DNA from: a virus
Reading direction: 5' to 3' (one strand)
Length of the DNA stretch: 64,000 nucleotides
Virus record (IMG/VR): IMGVR_UViG_3300021424_000003
Coordinates: 55,345-119,344 of that record
Position numbers and translations under genes: made by a program. How positions within the stretch are numbered: position 1 is the first letter of the stretch; every line of letters begins with the position of its first letter. The notes under the pieces were generated by a model that saw only the letters and a list, made by a program, of their open reading frames with translations, was not told the origin of the DNA and did not search any database. This document shows positions 46,434 to 55,963 of the stretch, in pieces.

Positions 46434-46984
46434 ACGACGCAGGCGACACGGGTACACCACGGGATACCCACACACCCACACCCCTACCCATCGACTTCAC
46501 TACCGATAACGATACGACACTCGACGCACTAGGCGCAGAAGTCGGCGGAGGCGTACGGGTATCTATTGGTTGGCGACACACTCGCACAGGTGACGCACCC
46601 GTATCAGTCACCATTTCACTACTAGATAGTGACGCACTAGGTACACCGTCACGCACTCGTGAACTCAACGGCAAGATACTACGCTCGCTAAGACTCGGCA
46701 CACTCATTCGTTCAGTCCGACGCAGTAGATACACACCACCAAGTATCACCGCAGGCAAGGTTGAGATACCCTCACACAAAGGTTCACGCACCACAGTTGA
46801 GATGCTCGCATACATAGCAACTCTTTATCGTGAGGCATACGCAAGAGGCGAACCGATACAGGCATACATAGCGAACCAAACAGGCAGACCACTATCTACC
46901 GCAGCGAAACTCATTATGAGAGCACGCAGGCAGGGACTACTAGGAGTCACCACCCGAGGCAGGTCAGGCGAGACAGAACTATGA
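46430..46984 (+). CDS. Putative DNA-binding protein (C-terminal HTH, DUF6214-like)
   Basis: A.LYREA..P.QA.IA..STA.KLIMRARRQGLLG. Confidence 0.55.
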   Translation: MNDAGDTGTPRDTHTPTPLPIDFTTDNDTTLDALGAEVGGGVRVSIGWRHTRTGDAPVSVTISLLDSDALGTPSRTRELNGKILRSLRLGTLIRSVRRSRYTPPSITAGKVEIPSHKGSRTTVEMLAYIATLYREAYARGEPIQAYIANQTGRPLSTAAKLIMRARRQGLLGVTTRGRSGETEL

Positions 46985-47319
46985 GAGATGAGGAAAGTGA
47001 AGCACACGACGAAACAGATGAGGAAAGTGAAGCACACGACGAAACAAAAGACAGACTGACTATCGAACTCACGATTAGGGAAGCCGAAGCATTAGAGGCA
47101 TTACTGAAAAGTCAGATGAGCGTTCTCAATAGGCGTATTCACGAAGGGCGACAGAAGCGTGACGGAAAGTATCTAATCTCACGCACGATACTGTCTAAGG
47201 TGAGTGACGCAGTAACCACACACAAGGCGGAAGAAATCATTAGTGGAAATGTCAATGACGCTATGTTACGCCTCGTAATGGAACTATGGTCGGAAGACGG
47301 CGGTATCTGGCGAGACTAA
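46981..47319 (+). CDS. Hypothetical protein with N-terminal duplication
   Basis: ATGA overlap. Confidence 0.6.
   Translation: MRDEESEAHDETDEESEAHDETKDRLTIELTIREAEALEALLKSQMSVLNRRIHEGRQKRDGKYLISRTILSKVSDAVTTHKAEEIISGNVNDAMLRLVMELWSEDGGIWRD
46986..47046 (+). repeat. 30-bp tandem duplication
   Basis: AGATGAGGAAAGTGAAGCACACGACGAAAC x2. Confidence 0.95.
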
Positions 47320-47489
47320 CGAATAGCAACAGAGGCGCACGGGTATCTACGGGTAAGTAACCAGTGCCACCGTTTCGCTAGTAGTACCACCACAACACCA
47401 CGCTAGTACCACCACCACCACACCATTAGGGGAAGCCACAGGCACCACGCAAGGATTAGAAGTCTGCCCGACACAAACATTCTCCAAGT

Positions 47490-47557
47490 AACGAAAGAGC
47501 CTCACCTATCGGAGTCTCGGGGGGCGAGACTACTACGATAGATGAGGCTTTTTCGTT
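47490..47557. terminator. Long hairpin / bidirectional terminator between convergent units
   Basis: AACGAAAGAGCCTCA..CTATCG..AGTCTCG / CGAGACT..CGATAG..TGAGGCTTTTTCGTT. Confidence 0.7.
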
Positions 47558-47603
47558 TCTCACCGTAGCACACTCTCGGGTATGCCGTGACGGTCAAAAC
47601 CGG

Positions 47604-48071
47604 TCAGAAAGGTTCGTCGTCTGGAACGTTCGCAACACTCGCCATCGCAGGGCGACGACGCTGACCACTCGACGGCTGACCGCCACGGGTATTCGTATTG
47701 CCACCCTCGTTGTCTTGACGCTTGCGACGCTCGATACTTTCTAGCGAGAGACTATTCACCGCAATAGTTTCGGCGACAAACTCAACGGTGGAACGCTTGT
47801 TGCCTTCCTTGTCCTCGTATGAGCGTTGTTCCCAGCGTCCGGTCACGACCGCACCAACACCCTTTTCCAAGACTCGTGCCCCTGCCTCAGCGATGAACCG
47901 CCACGCAACGATGTTGAAGTATGAAACTTTTTCTTGTTTCTCACCAGCGTTGTCGTACCAGACATAGTTACACGCAATGGAAAATCCGAGGCGTGCCTGA
48001 CCTGATGTTGTAAATGTTAGTTCGGGGTCTTGTGTAACATTCCCGACCAATACTCCTGAACTGTTGTTCAT
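47604..48071 (-). CDS. ssb: Single-stranded DNA-binding protein
   Basis: VGNVTQDPEL.FT, WR..AE..L.KG..V.V.GR.EQRSYE.KEG.KRS, C-terminal DDEPF. Confidence 0.92.
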   Translation of the reverse strand: MNNSSGVLVGNVTQDPELTFTTSGQARLGFSIACNYVWYDNAGEKQEKVSYFNIVAWRFIAEAGARVLEKGVGAVVTGRWEQRSYEDKEGNKRSTVEFVAETIAVNSLSLESIERRKRQDNEGGNTNTRGGQPSSGQRRRPAMASVANVPDDEPF

Positions 48072-48209
48072 TCTGTCTCTCTCCTTGTTTGAGGTACAGC
48101 CCCAACATACCAACCGTCGGTGACCAGCGCAACACGGGTTACCCACGGGTAACAATAAATCACCAGCGTTACGCGCGCGTATCAGTAAACGGGAGTAAGG
48201 TACGGGTCT

Positions 48210-48500
48210 ATGGCACAAACACCAGAAGAAATGACCAAAGAACAGAAAGCCGCTTTCCTTACGCTCGTGGAAGGGATAGCCAGTGGGTTCTACTACTTCC
48301 TCTTTGATGAAGAAACTATGGACGAAGAAGAAGGCACAGAACTAGGCGTAGATTGCGCTGAAATGGCGTTCCAAATCTGTCTCGCAATGGATGTCGACGT
48401 AATGGAAGTCAGGTCGGACACGGAGTTCGTCGTGAAGTTCGTTATGCCGGAGAACATAAATGACCACCTGAGCGAGAAGTTCGGCATAGGGTTCTTTTAG
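48210..48500 (+). CDS. Acidic hypothetical protein (leaderless)
   Basis: TAAGGT -10 shortly before the ATG. Confidence 0.65.
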   Translation: MAQTPEEMTKEQKAAFLTLVEGIASGFYYFLFDEETMDEEEGTELGVDCAEMAFQICLAMDVDVMEVRSDTEFVVKFVMPENINDHLSEKFGIGFF

Positions 48501-48652
48501 AAATCTCCCCGCAGGGGTTGTGGAGCCCCGTTCTAGGCACTAGGGTATGGGGAGGTGCCAAATACTCCATTCCATTTATGGTAGTATTGAGAAACACCTC
48601 ATAGCCCACCCGATGGTAGGGCAGTCCGTATCCGCCGAGGCTTGGAGACAAC

Positions 48653-49882
48653 TTGACGAACAGACACCTTTCTCTCATTCCTGCCCTTTTTATCCTCGTC
48701 ACCACCTACGGGTGGGGTCAGGTTCAGGCGAAGGAGGGAGAGGGGGTCAGTCCGAAAACACCTAAGGTCGCCGTTACGACTGCCACACCGTCCACGGGCG
48801 AGGTTCAGGGGCAGGAATACCCATTAGACCTAAGCCCCTCGACCATACGCAGTCAAGCGGTCAGGCGACCCCACGCCCTACCGACCGACTCATTCTGGGA
48901 CGAGCTGGCACAATGCGAAACAGCGCAGGACTGGCAGAACGGCGGGCGCTATGCGGGCGGTCTCGGGATTATGACTGCCAGTCAGTTCCCGAAAGCGTCT
49001 ATGGGTACTTGGGAGCGGTTCGGGGGCGAGGAGTTCGCACCGTCCCCCGACAAGGCGACCCGCGCCGAACAAATAGAAGTCGCCAACCGTATTGCCGTCA
49101 AGGGTTGGAGCACTATCCACCACCGAGATAAAGACTGGGCAAAACGAAAAGGCATACCCGTCGTATGGCACTACAAGCGACCAGCAGTGGGTCTTACGGG
49201 TTGGGGTTGCTACAAATCGAAGTTCACGGGCAAATACAGAATGGCAAAACCGAAGTTGTATTACTACATAGACCACGAGAAAGTGCCGTTGTTCCAGTTC
49301 TCGTGGGGCGAGCAGAGTCACGCAACTCACGACCTACAAGTGCTCATAGGGGGCGTGAAGGTGGACAGCGTGTATGGAGAGAAAACACGCCAAGCGCACA
49401 TCGCCTACCTCAAAAAACACGGACTCTCCCGTGAGGGCGTTCCAAGTAAGCCGAAAAAGGAATGGCGCACGGGTTCCGTATCAACACAGTCAGCAAGCGA
49501 GACAATAAAGCGTTGCCCCCAATGGGAAAGAGCACTAAAAAAGTACGGCCTTCCAGTTAGTCGGTTTTCCTACATTATGTGGAGAGAGAGCCGATGCGAG
49601 CCGAAGGTAATCGGGTGGAACTACAAACCGGGTACCGGCTATTGGAGTTGTAAGAGAGTGCCTGCCGATAGATACAAGAAGTGTTCAGCCATTCATTCTT
49701 ACGACAGTGGGCTTCTACAAATCAACAGTTCGTGGAAAACGGTGACAGCGCAAGTGTGCGGTTCTCGATGGGGCGACCTAACCGTTCTACTAACGGTGGA
49801 ATGTAATCTACGGGTTGCTTCGTATCTCTACAATGAGGGCGGAGGAATAGATAACTGGGCAGCAACCAGCGGTCGCAACTAA
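48653..49882 (+). CDS. Secreted muralytic protein: Rpf-like transglycosylase + PG-binding-like region + SLT domain
   Basis: Signal peptide; WDELAQCE..W..GGL..TWERFGG..P..ATRAEQI.VA; IMWRESRC..DSGLLQIN..W..NL.VA.YLY. Confidence 0.8.
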   Translation: MTNRHLSLIPALFILVTTYGWGQVQAKEGEGVSPKTPKVAVTTATPSTGEVQGQEYPLDLSPSTIRSQAVRRPHALPTDSFWDELAQCETAQDWQNGGRYAGGLGIMTASQFPKASMGTWERFGGEEFAPSPDKATRAEQIEVANRIAVKGWSTIHHRDKDWAKRKGIPVVWHYKRPAVGLTGWGCYKSKFTGKYRMAKPKLYYYIDHEKVPLFQFSWGEQSHATHDLQVLIGGVKVDSVYGEKTRQAHIAYLKKHGLSREGVPSKPKKEWRTGSVSTQSASETIKRCPQWERALKKYGLPVSRFSYIMWRESRCEPKVIGWNYKPGTGYWSCKRVPADRYKKCSAIHSYDSGLLQINSSWKTVTAQVCGSRWGDLTVLLTVECNLRVASYLYNEGGGIDNWAATSGRN

Positions 49883-50079
49883 ATGTGTCCAGCGTCTATT
49901 GCGACGCAGTAGTCAGCAACCGCCTGATACCTACGGGCTTCATCGTACAATGCGAGAGCGTCACGTAGTTTCTCTCGTCTGTAACCGTGAAGGACGACGA
50001 CCGTCTCGTCGTACTCCTCTAACTCACTTAGTAGTAATGAGTCATACAGTGCTTCGGCAGCATCTTTCCATTTGTCCAT
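49879..50079 (-). CDS. Hypothetical protein
   Basis: MDKWKDAAEALY..., start approximate. Confidence 0.5.
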   Translation of the reverse strand: MDKWKDAAEALYDSLLLSELEEYDETVVVLHGYRREKLRDALALYDEARRYQAVADYCVAIDAGHI

Positions 50080-50099
50080 AGACAAACGATACACTTTTG

Positions 50100-50187
50100 C
50101 GGAGAGAGAGGGATTTGAACCCCCGGTGGGCTACAAACCCACGCCTGTTTTCAAGACAGGTGCTTTCAGCCACTCAGCCATCTCTCC
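50100..50187 (-). tRNA. tRNA-Ser(TGA)
   Basis: GGAGAGA acceptor; CCTGT-CT TGA AA-ACAGG; long variable arm. Confidence 0.92.
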
Positions 50188-50217
50188 CGTCGCCGTTCTC
50201 GGGCGGGTCTATTTTAG

Positions 50218-50289
50218 AGCCCAGAGTCAGGATTGAACTGACGACCTACCGCTTACAAGGCGGTTGCTCTACCACTGAGCTATCGGGGC
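50218..50289 (-). tRNA. tRNA-Thr(TGT)
   Basis: CCGC-CT TGT AA-GCGG; one acceptor-stem mismatch. Confidence 0.85.
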
Positions 50290-50295
50290 TTCGTG

Positions 50296-50324
50296 TTGCC
50301 AAACTGTCCCTAGTAGGCTATCAT
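50296..50324 (+). promoter_or_regulatory. SigA-type promoter with a GATAAATCTATC site near +1
   Basis: TTGCCA-17-TATCAT; palindrome at 50333-50344. Confidence 0.6.
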
Positions 50325-50368
50325 TCGTTTCAGATAAATCTATCAGAACCGCAAGGAGGAGGCACACG

Positions 50369-51394
50369 ATGTCTCACGATTTGGAAATGGACGCAAAAGG
50401 GTTCGCAAGAATGGCTTATGCCGACAGGGAGATACCGTGGCACAGGCTCGGTACGCCAATGAAGGGACTACAAACAGCCGAGGCGATGCTGGCGGCGGCA
50501 CAGGCAGATTTCGATGTTGTTATCACGAATGTCGCAGCCGTGGACGCAGACGGGAACTTCATTCGCAACCCCGACGGTACGCCCGTACTGGTCAGAGATA
50601 GTCGGGCAACGGTACGGGTAAATCCTGACGGCTCTTTTGACGGTCTAGCGACAGTTGGCACACGGTATGTCGTTCAGCAGAACAGAGAGTGCTTGGACTA
50701 CGCCATCGCAGTTGTTGGGGCTTCTCGGGGTGACGCAGTAGTAGATACTGCCGGCGTGCTCGACGGGGGGAGGGAGTTCTTTTCCTCCCTTGACCTCGGC
50801 TCCCTGATTATCGACCCGAAAGGTATCAACGACAAAATCGAACGGTATTTGTTGGTGCGCAACGGTCACAACGGTAAAACTGCCATTACTTTCGCCAATA
50901 CAAGCATTCGTGCCGTATGTAAGAACACGGTACTGGCAGGAATAAACAACGCACAACGAGTGTTCACGGCTCGCCACACACGAAATGCGGAATACGCAAT
51001 AGAGGAGGCGCAGAATGTTCTGAACATCTCTACCGAATGGGCTAAGGACTTTGCTAATGCTGCCGAGAAAATGCTTTCCGTCTCTATGCCGAATGGAGCA
51101 ACACGCTTTGATTACTTCGTCAAGTCTATGTTTCCGGAAAAACCACAAGAAACAGATAGACAAAGGCGGAATAGGCAAAACAACGCCTCAATAGTCCGTG
51201 CCCTTTACGCCAATGAGCGCAACGGCGAGGGGTACGGGTACAACGGGTGGTCGGCATACAACGCCTATGTGGAATACCTTGACCATTACAGAGACGCAGG
51301 GGCAACAGAGCGAGCAATAGCATCTATGGACTCGAACTCGTCCACTACGCAAAAGAAACTGAAAGCACAGGAGTTCATACTTTCTTTCGCTTGA
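50369..51394 (+). CDS. DUF932/DUF945 (TIGR03299-like) phage/plasmid protein
   Basis: PWHRLG, VG.RY.VVQN.E, TAGVL.GGR, N.HNG..IR.VC.NT, W.AYNA.VEY.DH; AGGAGG RBS. Confidence 0.85.
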   Translation: MSHDLEMDAKGFARMAYADREIPWHRLGTPMKGLQTAEAMLAAAQADFDVVITNVAAVDADGNFIRNPDGTPVLVRDSRATVRVNPDGSFDGLATVGTRYVVQQNRECLDYAIAVVGASRGDAVVDTAGVLDGGREFFSSLDLGSLIIDPKGINDKIERYLLVRNGHNGKTAITFANTSIRAVCKNTVLAGINNAQRVFTARHTRNAEYAIEEAQNVLNISTEWAKDFANAAEKMLSVSMPNGATRFDYFVKSMFPEKPQETDRQRRNRQNNASIVRALYANERNGEGYGYNGWSAYNAYVEYLDHYRDAGATERAIASMDSNSSTTQKKLKAQEFILSFA

Positions 51395-51460
51395 CATTTG
51401 ATGTTGATTTGTGCGGTTATTATTGTGTTGCCGACATTCGACAGGAACGGGGGCGAGAAA

Positions 51461-51889
51461 ATGGACTTTGATGACGAGTTTGATGAAAGTCCGCCGAATA
51501 GTCCTGATGAGATGGCTATTTGGCTCAGCGAGTTTATGAACGCTGCCGATAGTGCTGCCGATGTTTATCGGAACCACGTCGTTACTCTTATTGCGAACAA
51601 GGTCTACACGGATTTTGGTTATGAAGGCTTTTGCGAACTGATGGTTGCTATGGATAAAAAGGCTGGGTGGATTTCCGACATAATCATCGAGAACTCCGAC
51701 CTAGACGACATTATGTTCCAGAAGTACGGAACCTACGACCATCGTGTAATACACAAGGCTCGCAGTACCGAGGCTATTCAGGAACTAAATAAAAAAATCT
51801 GGCGTTTGCGCCGCAAATACGCTAGGGCAATAGTGGACGAACTTATGGTGGGCATAGAAAATCCCGGAGACACAACTCCCGCTTCCTAG
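51461..51889 (+). CDS. Hypothetical protein
   Basis: Own promoter TTGATG-17-TATTGT. Confidence 0.65.
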   Translation: MDFDDEFDESPPNSPDEMAIWLSEFMNAADSAADVYRNHVVTLIANKVYTDFGYEGFCELMVAMDKKAGWISDIIIENSDLDDIMFQKYGTYDHRVIHKARSTEAIQELNKKIWRLRRKYARAIVDELMVGIENPGDTTPAS

Positions 51890-53802
51890 ATACCCATTAG
51901 GTCAAGTATGAGTTTGATAGCCCCGTCGTCGTCGTCTGCCATTACGCCATCGACGGCTGCGTTCACAACGCTACGCTTTCTCTCAATGAGGCTGTAAATC
52001 TCCTCGTCTATCGTCCCCTCGGTGAGTGCGTATGTAACGGTGACGCTTCCTTTCTGTCCGAGTCTATGTAGCCTCGAAAATGTCTGGTCTAAATCTGCTG
52101 GTGTCCACGGAAGTTCTACAAACAAAATGTCTTGTGCTGCTGTGAGTGTGTGTCCAGTTTTGGCAGCCTGAATAGAAAGGACTATGACGGGTGCTTCCTC
52201 GACCGAAAGTTCCTGAAACTTTCTTTTCTGTTCTTCTATCTCAGAAACTTCCATACCGCCCTGTATCCGTAAGTTCCCGAACTTACGAGCCAGTTCATCA
52301 ACAATGTCTCGATGGTGTGCTGCTATCACAACCTTTTTGCCGTCGCTCACTCGCAACTGTACCCATTCCTCAACACTCGCCATTTTCGCTTTTGCGGATA
52401 ACCGTCGTAGAACAGAAAGTCTCACCAATGTTTCGTTACTCTCTGCTTTTATTCTTGCCACTACCGCCGCCGAACGGGGTGACTGTCCGAGTTCTTTCGC
52501 TATCTGCTTCGCTCGTTCGACCAGATAATCAACTATGTCCCTTTCTGCCTTGCGATACTCCGCCATAGAGTTTGCGTTCCCCTCGACCAGCACAGGGCTG
52601 TGTATTACTGGGGGCAACTCGGATAGAACTTGGTCTTTCGTTCTCCGTATGTAGCAAGTTCCCCGTAGTCTGTCGTTGAGTTCGTCTAAGTGTGAGTGAC
52701 CGCTTATGTTCCATTGACCGTAACTATCCTGAAATGCGTTACAGTACCTACGATAAAACCCCCATAAGCCGCCGAACTCTTTGAGTTTGCCCAGTATTTC
52801 CAACTGAGATGCGTACTCCGCTGGTCTATTCGTAACTGGCGTTCCGGTTAGACACAGAACTAAACCGTCTTTTGCGGCGCTTTTGGCTACCCTCTGAGCG
52901 GACTTCGTTCGCTTCGCCGTAGTCGTCTTACAGTAGTGGCTCTCGTCGAAAACATACGAGCGATGCTTCGACAGTTGCTTTTCCCACTTAGTTAGGTTGC
53001 TGTAACCAACTACCAACACGTCGTAGGTGCCCTGTTCGGGTACTTCCTTTGCCCCTGGGCGTATGACCTCAACCCTGCGTTCGGGTAGCCAACGGTTGTA
53101 TTCGGCTTTCCAGTTGAGAACGAGACTCGGTGGGCAAACAACTACTGCCGGATAACTGTCCCACACGTGCTCAATAGTCGCTATCGCTTGGAGAGTCTTA
53201 CCCAACCCCATCTCGTCGGCTATGAATACTCTCTTGGCATTGGATGCGTAGGCTACGCCAGCCCTCTGATACGGGAGAAGTTCCGCTCTGAGGCTCGGTA
53301 TCACAATCTCTGCGTCGGTGGAACGTGACGCTTCTATGAGCTTCCCGACCTCTTTCTTGACCGACTCCGAGTACGCTCGTATCTCGTCGTCTAGCGGGAT
53401 AGAGAAATGCTCCGCCCACGCGATTACCTCAGCAACTGAGGACTTTGGAGCCATCCACGCCTTTTTCGTGGAACTCCAAGTTATTCCGGGAACCTGCTTG
53501 ACCGACTTGATAATGACTCTCTCGTATGGGAACTCCAAATACAACCAGTCGCCGTCCATTGAGACATTCCTTCCAGTCCGCTTCTTGGGGACTGGAAACG
53601 TGAGAACTTCGTTTTCTATGATAAACCCGTGCCGTACAGCGAAAAATCGAGCGTCCTCTATCGAGGTAACGGGCAGTCGCCATACCCTCGAAATCTTGTC
53701 CCATTTGGAGCCGGTAATCCGTTTTATCTCGTCTACCTGCTCTTTGTCGTACGGAAAGTCCAGAACAAGATGGTCGTTCACTATTCGCAAGGTAGAACTC
53801 AT
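51886..53802 (-). CDS. SNF2/SWI2 helicase with two N-terminal HARP-like domains (SMARCAL1-like)
   Basis: FPY..IK..G..W..K.W x2; ADEMGLGKT, DESHYCK, LTGTP..N, Q..SRLHRLGQ; leaderless TAGCAT-6-ATG. Confidence 0.88.
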   Translation of the reverse strand: MSSTLRIVNDHLVLDFPYDKEQVDEIKRITGSKWDKISRVWRLPVTSIEDARFFAVRHGFIIENEVLTFPVPKKRTGRNVSMDGDWLYLEFPYERVIIKSVKQVPGITWSSTKKAWMAPKSSVAEVIAWAEHFSIPLDDEIRAYSESVKKEVGKLIEASRSTDAEIVIPSLRAELLPYQRAGVAYASNAKRVFIADEMGLGKTLQAIATIEHVWDSYPAVVVCPPSLVLNWKAEYNRWLPERRVEVIRPGAKEVPEQGTYDVLVVGYSNLTKWEKQLSKHRSYVFDESHYCKTTTAKRTKSAQRVAKSAAKDGLVLCLTGTPVTNRPAEYASQLEILGKLKEFGGLWGFYRRYCNAFQDSYGQWNISGHSHLDELNDRLRGTCYIRRTKDQVLSELPPVIHSPVLVEGNANSMAEYRKAERDIVDYLVERAKQIAKELGQSPRSAAVVARIKAESNETLVRLSVLRRLSAKAKMASVEEWVQLRVSDGKKVVIAAHHRDIVDELARKFGNLRIQGGMEVSEIEEQKRKFQELSVEEAPVIVLSIQAAKTGHTLTAAQDILFVELPWTPADLDQTFSRLHRLGQKGSVTVTYALTEGTIDEEIYSLIERKRSVVNAAVDGVMADDDDGAIKLILDLMGI

Positions 53803-53833
53803 AGATGTATGCTAGGGCAACGGAGGTGTCGCT

Positions 53834-54070
53834 ATGGATAATGCAGAAGAACGAATACTCGGTCTGGAAAAGACGGTAATGACCCTTATCGGGCAGATAG
53901 ACGCTCTTCGTCGCAGGCTGGATAAGCTCGAGCATCCGTCTAAGTCCGTTGTCGTCGAGATGAGCCCTGCTGGCTCCCTCGGCAGGACACATAAAAGCCT
54001 CAGCGACCTGTCCACTTCCGGTAGCCCTATCCCCCGCCACCCCGGCCCATACGGCGGTGACGCCGCGTAA
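53834..54070 (+). CDS. Hypothetical protein
   Basis: GGAGG RBS. Confidence 0.6.
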   Translation: MDNAEERILGLEKTVMTLIGQIDALRRRLDKLEHPSKSVVVEMSPAGSLGRTHKSLSDLSTSGSPIPRHPGPYGGDAA

Positions 54071-54114
54071 GCGGGGCCCAGGACGGGGTGAGCGAGTGAC
54101 CCACCCACTATGGA

Positions 54115-54300
54115 TTAGTAGTCGTCGCCCCCGAAATACCCGTAGTCCTCGTCGGTTCCCCATCCCGCACTAGCGAGAGCGTCGGCATCCGCCCAAACGT
54201 CATCCTCCCACGGCTCGGTGTCGTCGTCGTCGTACTCGTAACAAACGTCATCCTCCTCACGGATGTCGTCGTCATCTTGGATTTCGTGGTCGCTGTTCAT
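54115..54300 (-). CDS. Highly acidic small early protein
   Basis: Leaderless behind a motif promoter; DADALASAGWGTDEDYG. Confidence 0.75.
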   Translation of the reverse strand: MNSDHEIQDDDDIREEDDVCYEYDDDDTEPWEDDVWADADALASAGWGTDEDYGYFGGDDY

Positions 54301-54640
54301 AAGTAGAACAATAACGAAGGGGGGTAAGAGTCTCCCCGACCCGTTCGGCGGTTCCCTCTCCCCTCATGAGCCGAGAGCCCCCATTGGGGGCGAAGCGGAA
54401 CCCGGGGCTCCCGCCATAAACAAGAACCCCCTCCCCGAATGATGTGCGGTGGGGAGAGGGCTCCTGCGACCCCAGCCTAGTCCACGTGGAGTTTCTTGCG
54501 ACACCAAGCACAACGCATACCGTCCCACAGTCGGGGGTCGCCCTCGTAGATAGGTTCGGGGGCTGTTACCTGCTTGTCGGAGCACCTAAGGCAGTTGATG
54601 TGCCTGCCTGTTGCCCACGCAGCCTTTCGGCGGTTCTCGC

Positions 54641-54820
54641 TCATCGGTACCATTCGGGGTCGTAGGTAAGTTCCCCGTCCTCGTCCTCAGAGGACGAGAA
54701 AAGGGGGACGTTCGCACGTACCCACTTCACCACGGTCACAAGACCAATGGCGAAGATACCGAAGCCGGCCATCTTCACAAGGAAGCCAATGACGATGATG
54801 AATGCTTGCGCTGTTTCCAT
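54641..54820 (-). CDS. Small membrane early protein
   Basis: Leaderless ATG 7 nt after TAAGGT. Confidence 0.65.
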   Translation of the reverse strand: METAQAFIIVIGFLVKMAGFGIFAIGLVTVVKWVRANVPLFSSSEDEDGELTYDPEWYR

Positions 54821-54938
54821 GAGGTGAACCTTACCGAAGGGGGGTAATAGTTCCCCGGGGGCTAATGCCAACTTCGTTCAGTCTCTCATTCATAATCCAA
54901 CCCTATCATTCCGGCAAACGGGGCTCCAAACGGGATTT

Positions 54939-55070
54939 TCAGTCCTCGCTTTCGCAGTCGTGACCGTAGAACCATTCGTTCGCTTCGTCCTCGTCCAGTA
55001 GGCGAAACACACGCCCACACTCAACACACTTGGCCTCGCTGTGAGAGGCGTACACGCTTCTCTCGCTCAT
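54939..55070 (-). CDS. Small Zn-binding protein (CVEC..HDCE)
   Basis: Coupled to the upstream stop. Confidence 0.6.
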   Translation of the reverse strand: MSERSVYASHSEAKCVECGRVFRLLDEDEANEWFYGHDCESED

Positions 55071-55312
55071 CAGTAATCCTCGTCCTCGTCGTCCTCGTCG
55101 GCCTCGTCCTTGTCCACCGAGAACCACGCCATAACGGTTCTCAACAGGTTGTCGTAGTCGCCCGAGGTTGCTTCCGATACGAAAGTGTCCACCTCGTCTC
55201 GCAAGCCGTTCCGCTCCATCTCCCTCGTACACCGTGCGAGGATAGAGAAAGCGTTTCCGTCCTCACCGACAAGGCGAATGGAAATGTCTGGGTATTTGGT
55301 CGATGTGTTCAT
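55070..55312 (-). CDS. Conserved-looking phage small protein (LVGEDGNAFSI..SGDYDNLL) with acidic tail
   Basis: Leaderless behind a motif promoter. Confidence 0.75.
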   Translation of the reverse strand: MNTSTKYPDISIRLVGEDGNAFSILARCTREMERNGLRDEVDTFVSEATSGDYDNLLRTVMAWFSVDKDEADEDDEDEDY

Positions 55313-55377
55313 ACCCCCAACATACGCAGAGGGGGTAAGAGTTTCCGAGAGGGCTTTCCCGAGCCCCGTTTCCCCAT

Positions 55378-55587
55378 TCACCACGGCAGGCTTGTCTTTC
55401 CGAAACGGTGCGCCCAGATGCGCTTAGTACGCCACGACCTCCGCAGGTCGCATAGCCGAACTGTCTCCCTCGGGTCGCCGTGGCAGTCCTCGATGTTCTC
55501 CGCTATGAGTCTCGACAGTCTGGCTAGTTGGCTGTCGCACTCCTCGACGGTGGGCAGTTGGGCTACCCAGTCTCTCCGAGCCATCAC
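55378..55587 (-). CDS. Hypothetical early protein
   Basis: Overlaps the upstream stop. Confidence 0.5.
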   Translation of the reverse strand: MMARRDWVAQLPTVEECDSQLARLSRLIAENIEDCHGDPRETVRLCDLRRSWRTKRIWAHRFGKTSLPW

Positions 55588-55844
55588 TTGTTCCAGCGAC
55601 TATTCCAGTTGCTAGGAAGCCCCCACGGTGTGAGGGTTGCTTCTATCGCTTCCTCGACCGCCTGTATGGCTCTACGTGCGTGACCGTACTTGTGAACGAG
55701 GGCGAGAATGTCGGAGTGCTCGGCTCCTAGTGCGTTCTCGAACCCGTGAGACCTAAGAGCCTTCTCCATAGCCCTTAGGGTCTCGTCGATAGCGTCGAGC
55801 GCCATCGCTGCTGAATGAATAGTGAAAGTGTCGCTGTTGTTCAT
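55584..55844 (-). CDS. Hypothetical early protein
   Basis: Leaderless behind a motif promoter. Confidence 0.7.
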   Translation of the reverse strand: MNNSDTFTIHSAAMALDAIDETLRAMEKALRSHGFENALGAEHSDILALVHKYGHARRAIQAVEEAIEATLTPWGLPSNWNSRWNK

Positions 55845-55963
55845 GCCTGAACTGTACCTAAGGGGGGTAACAGTTCCCCCGACCCCTACCCGTGGGCGAC
55901 ACGAAATCCGGGGCTCAGAGCCCCTGTTAGAAACTCTTACCCCCCTGCCGTATTATCCCCCCC

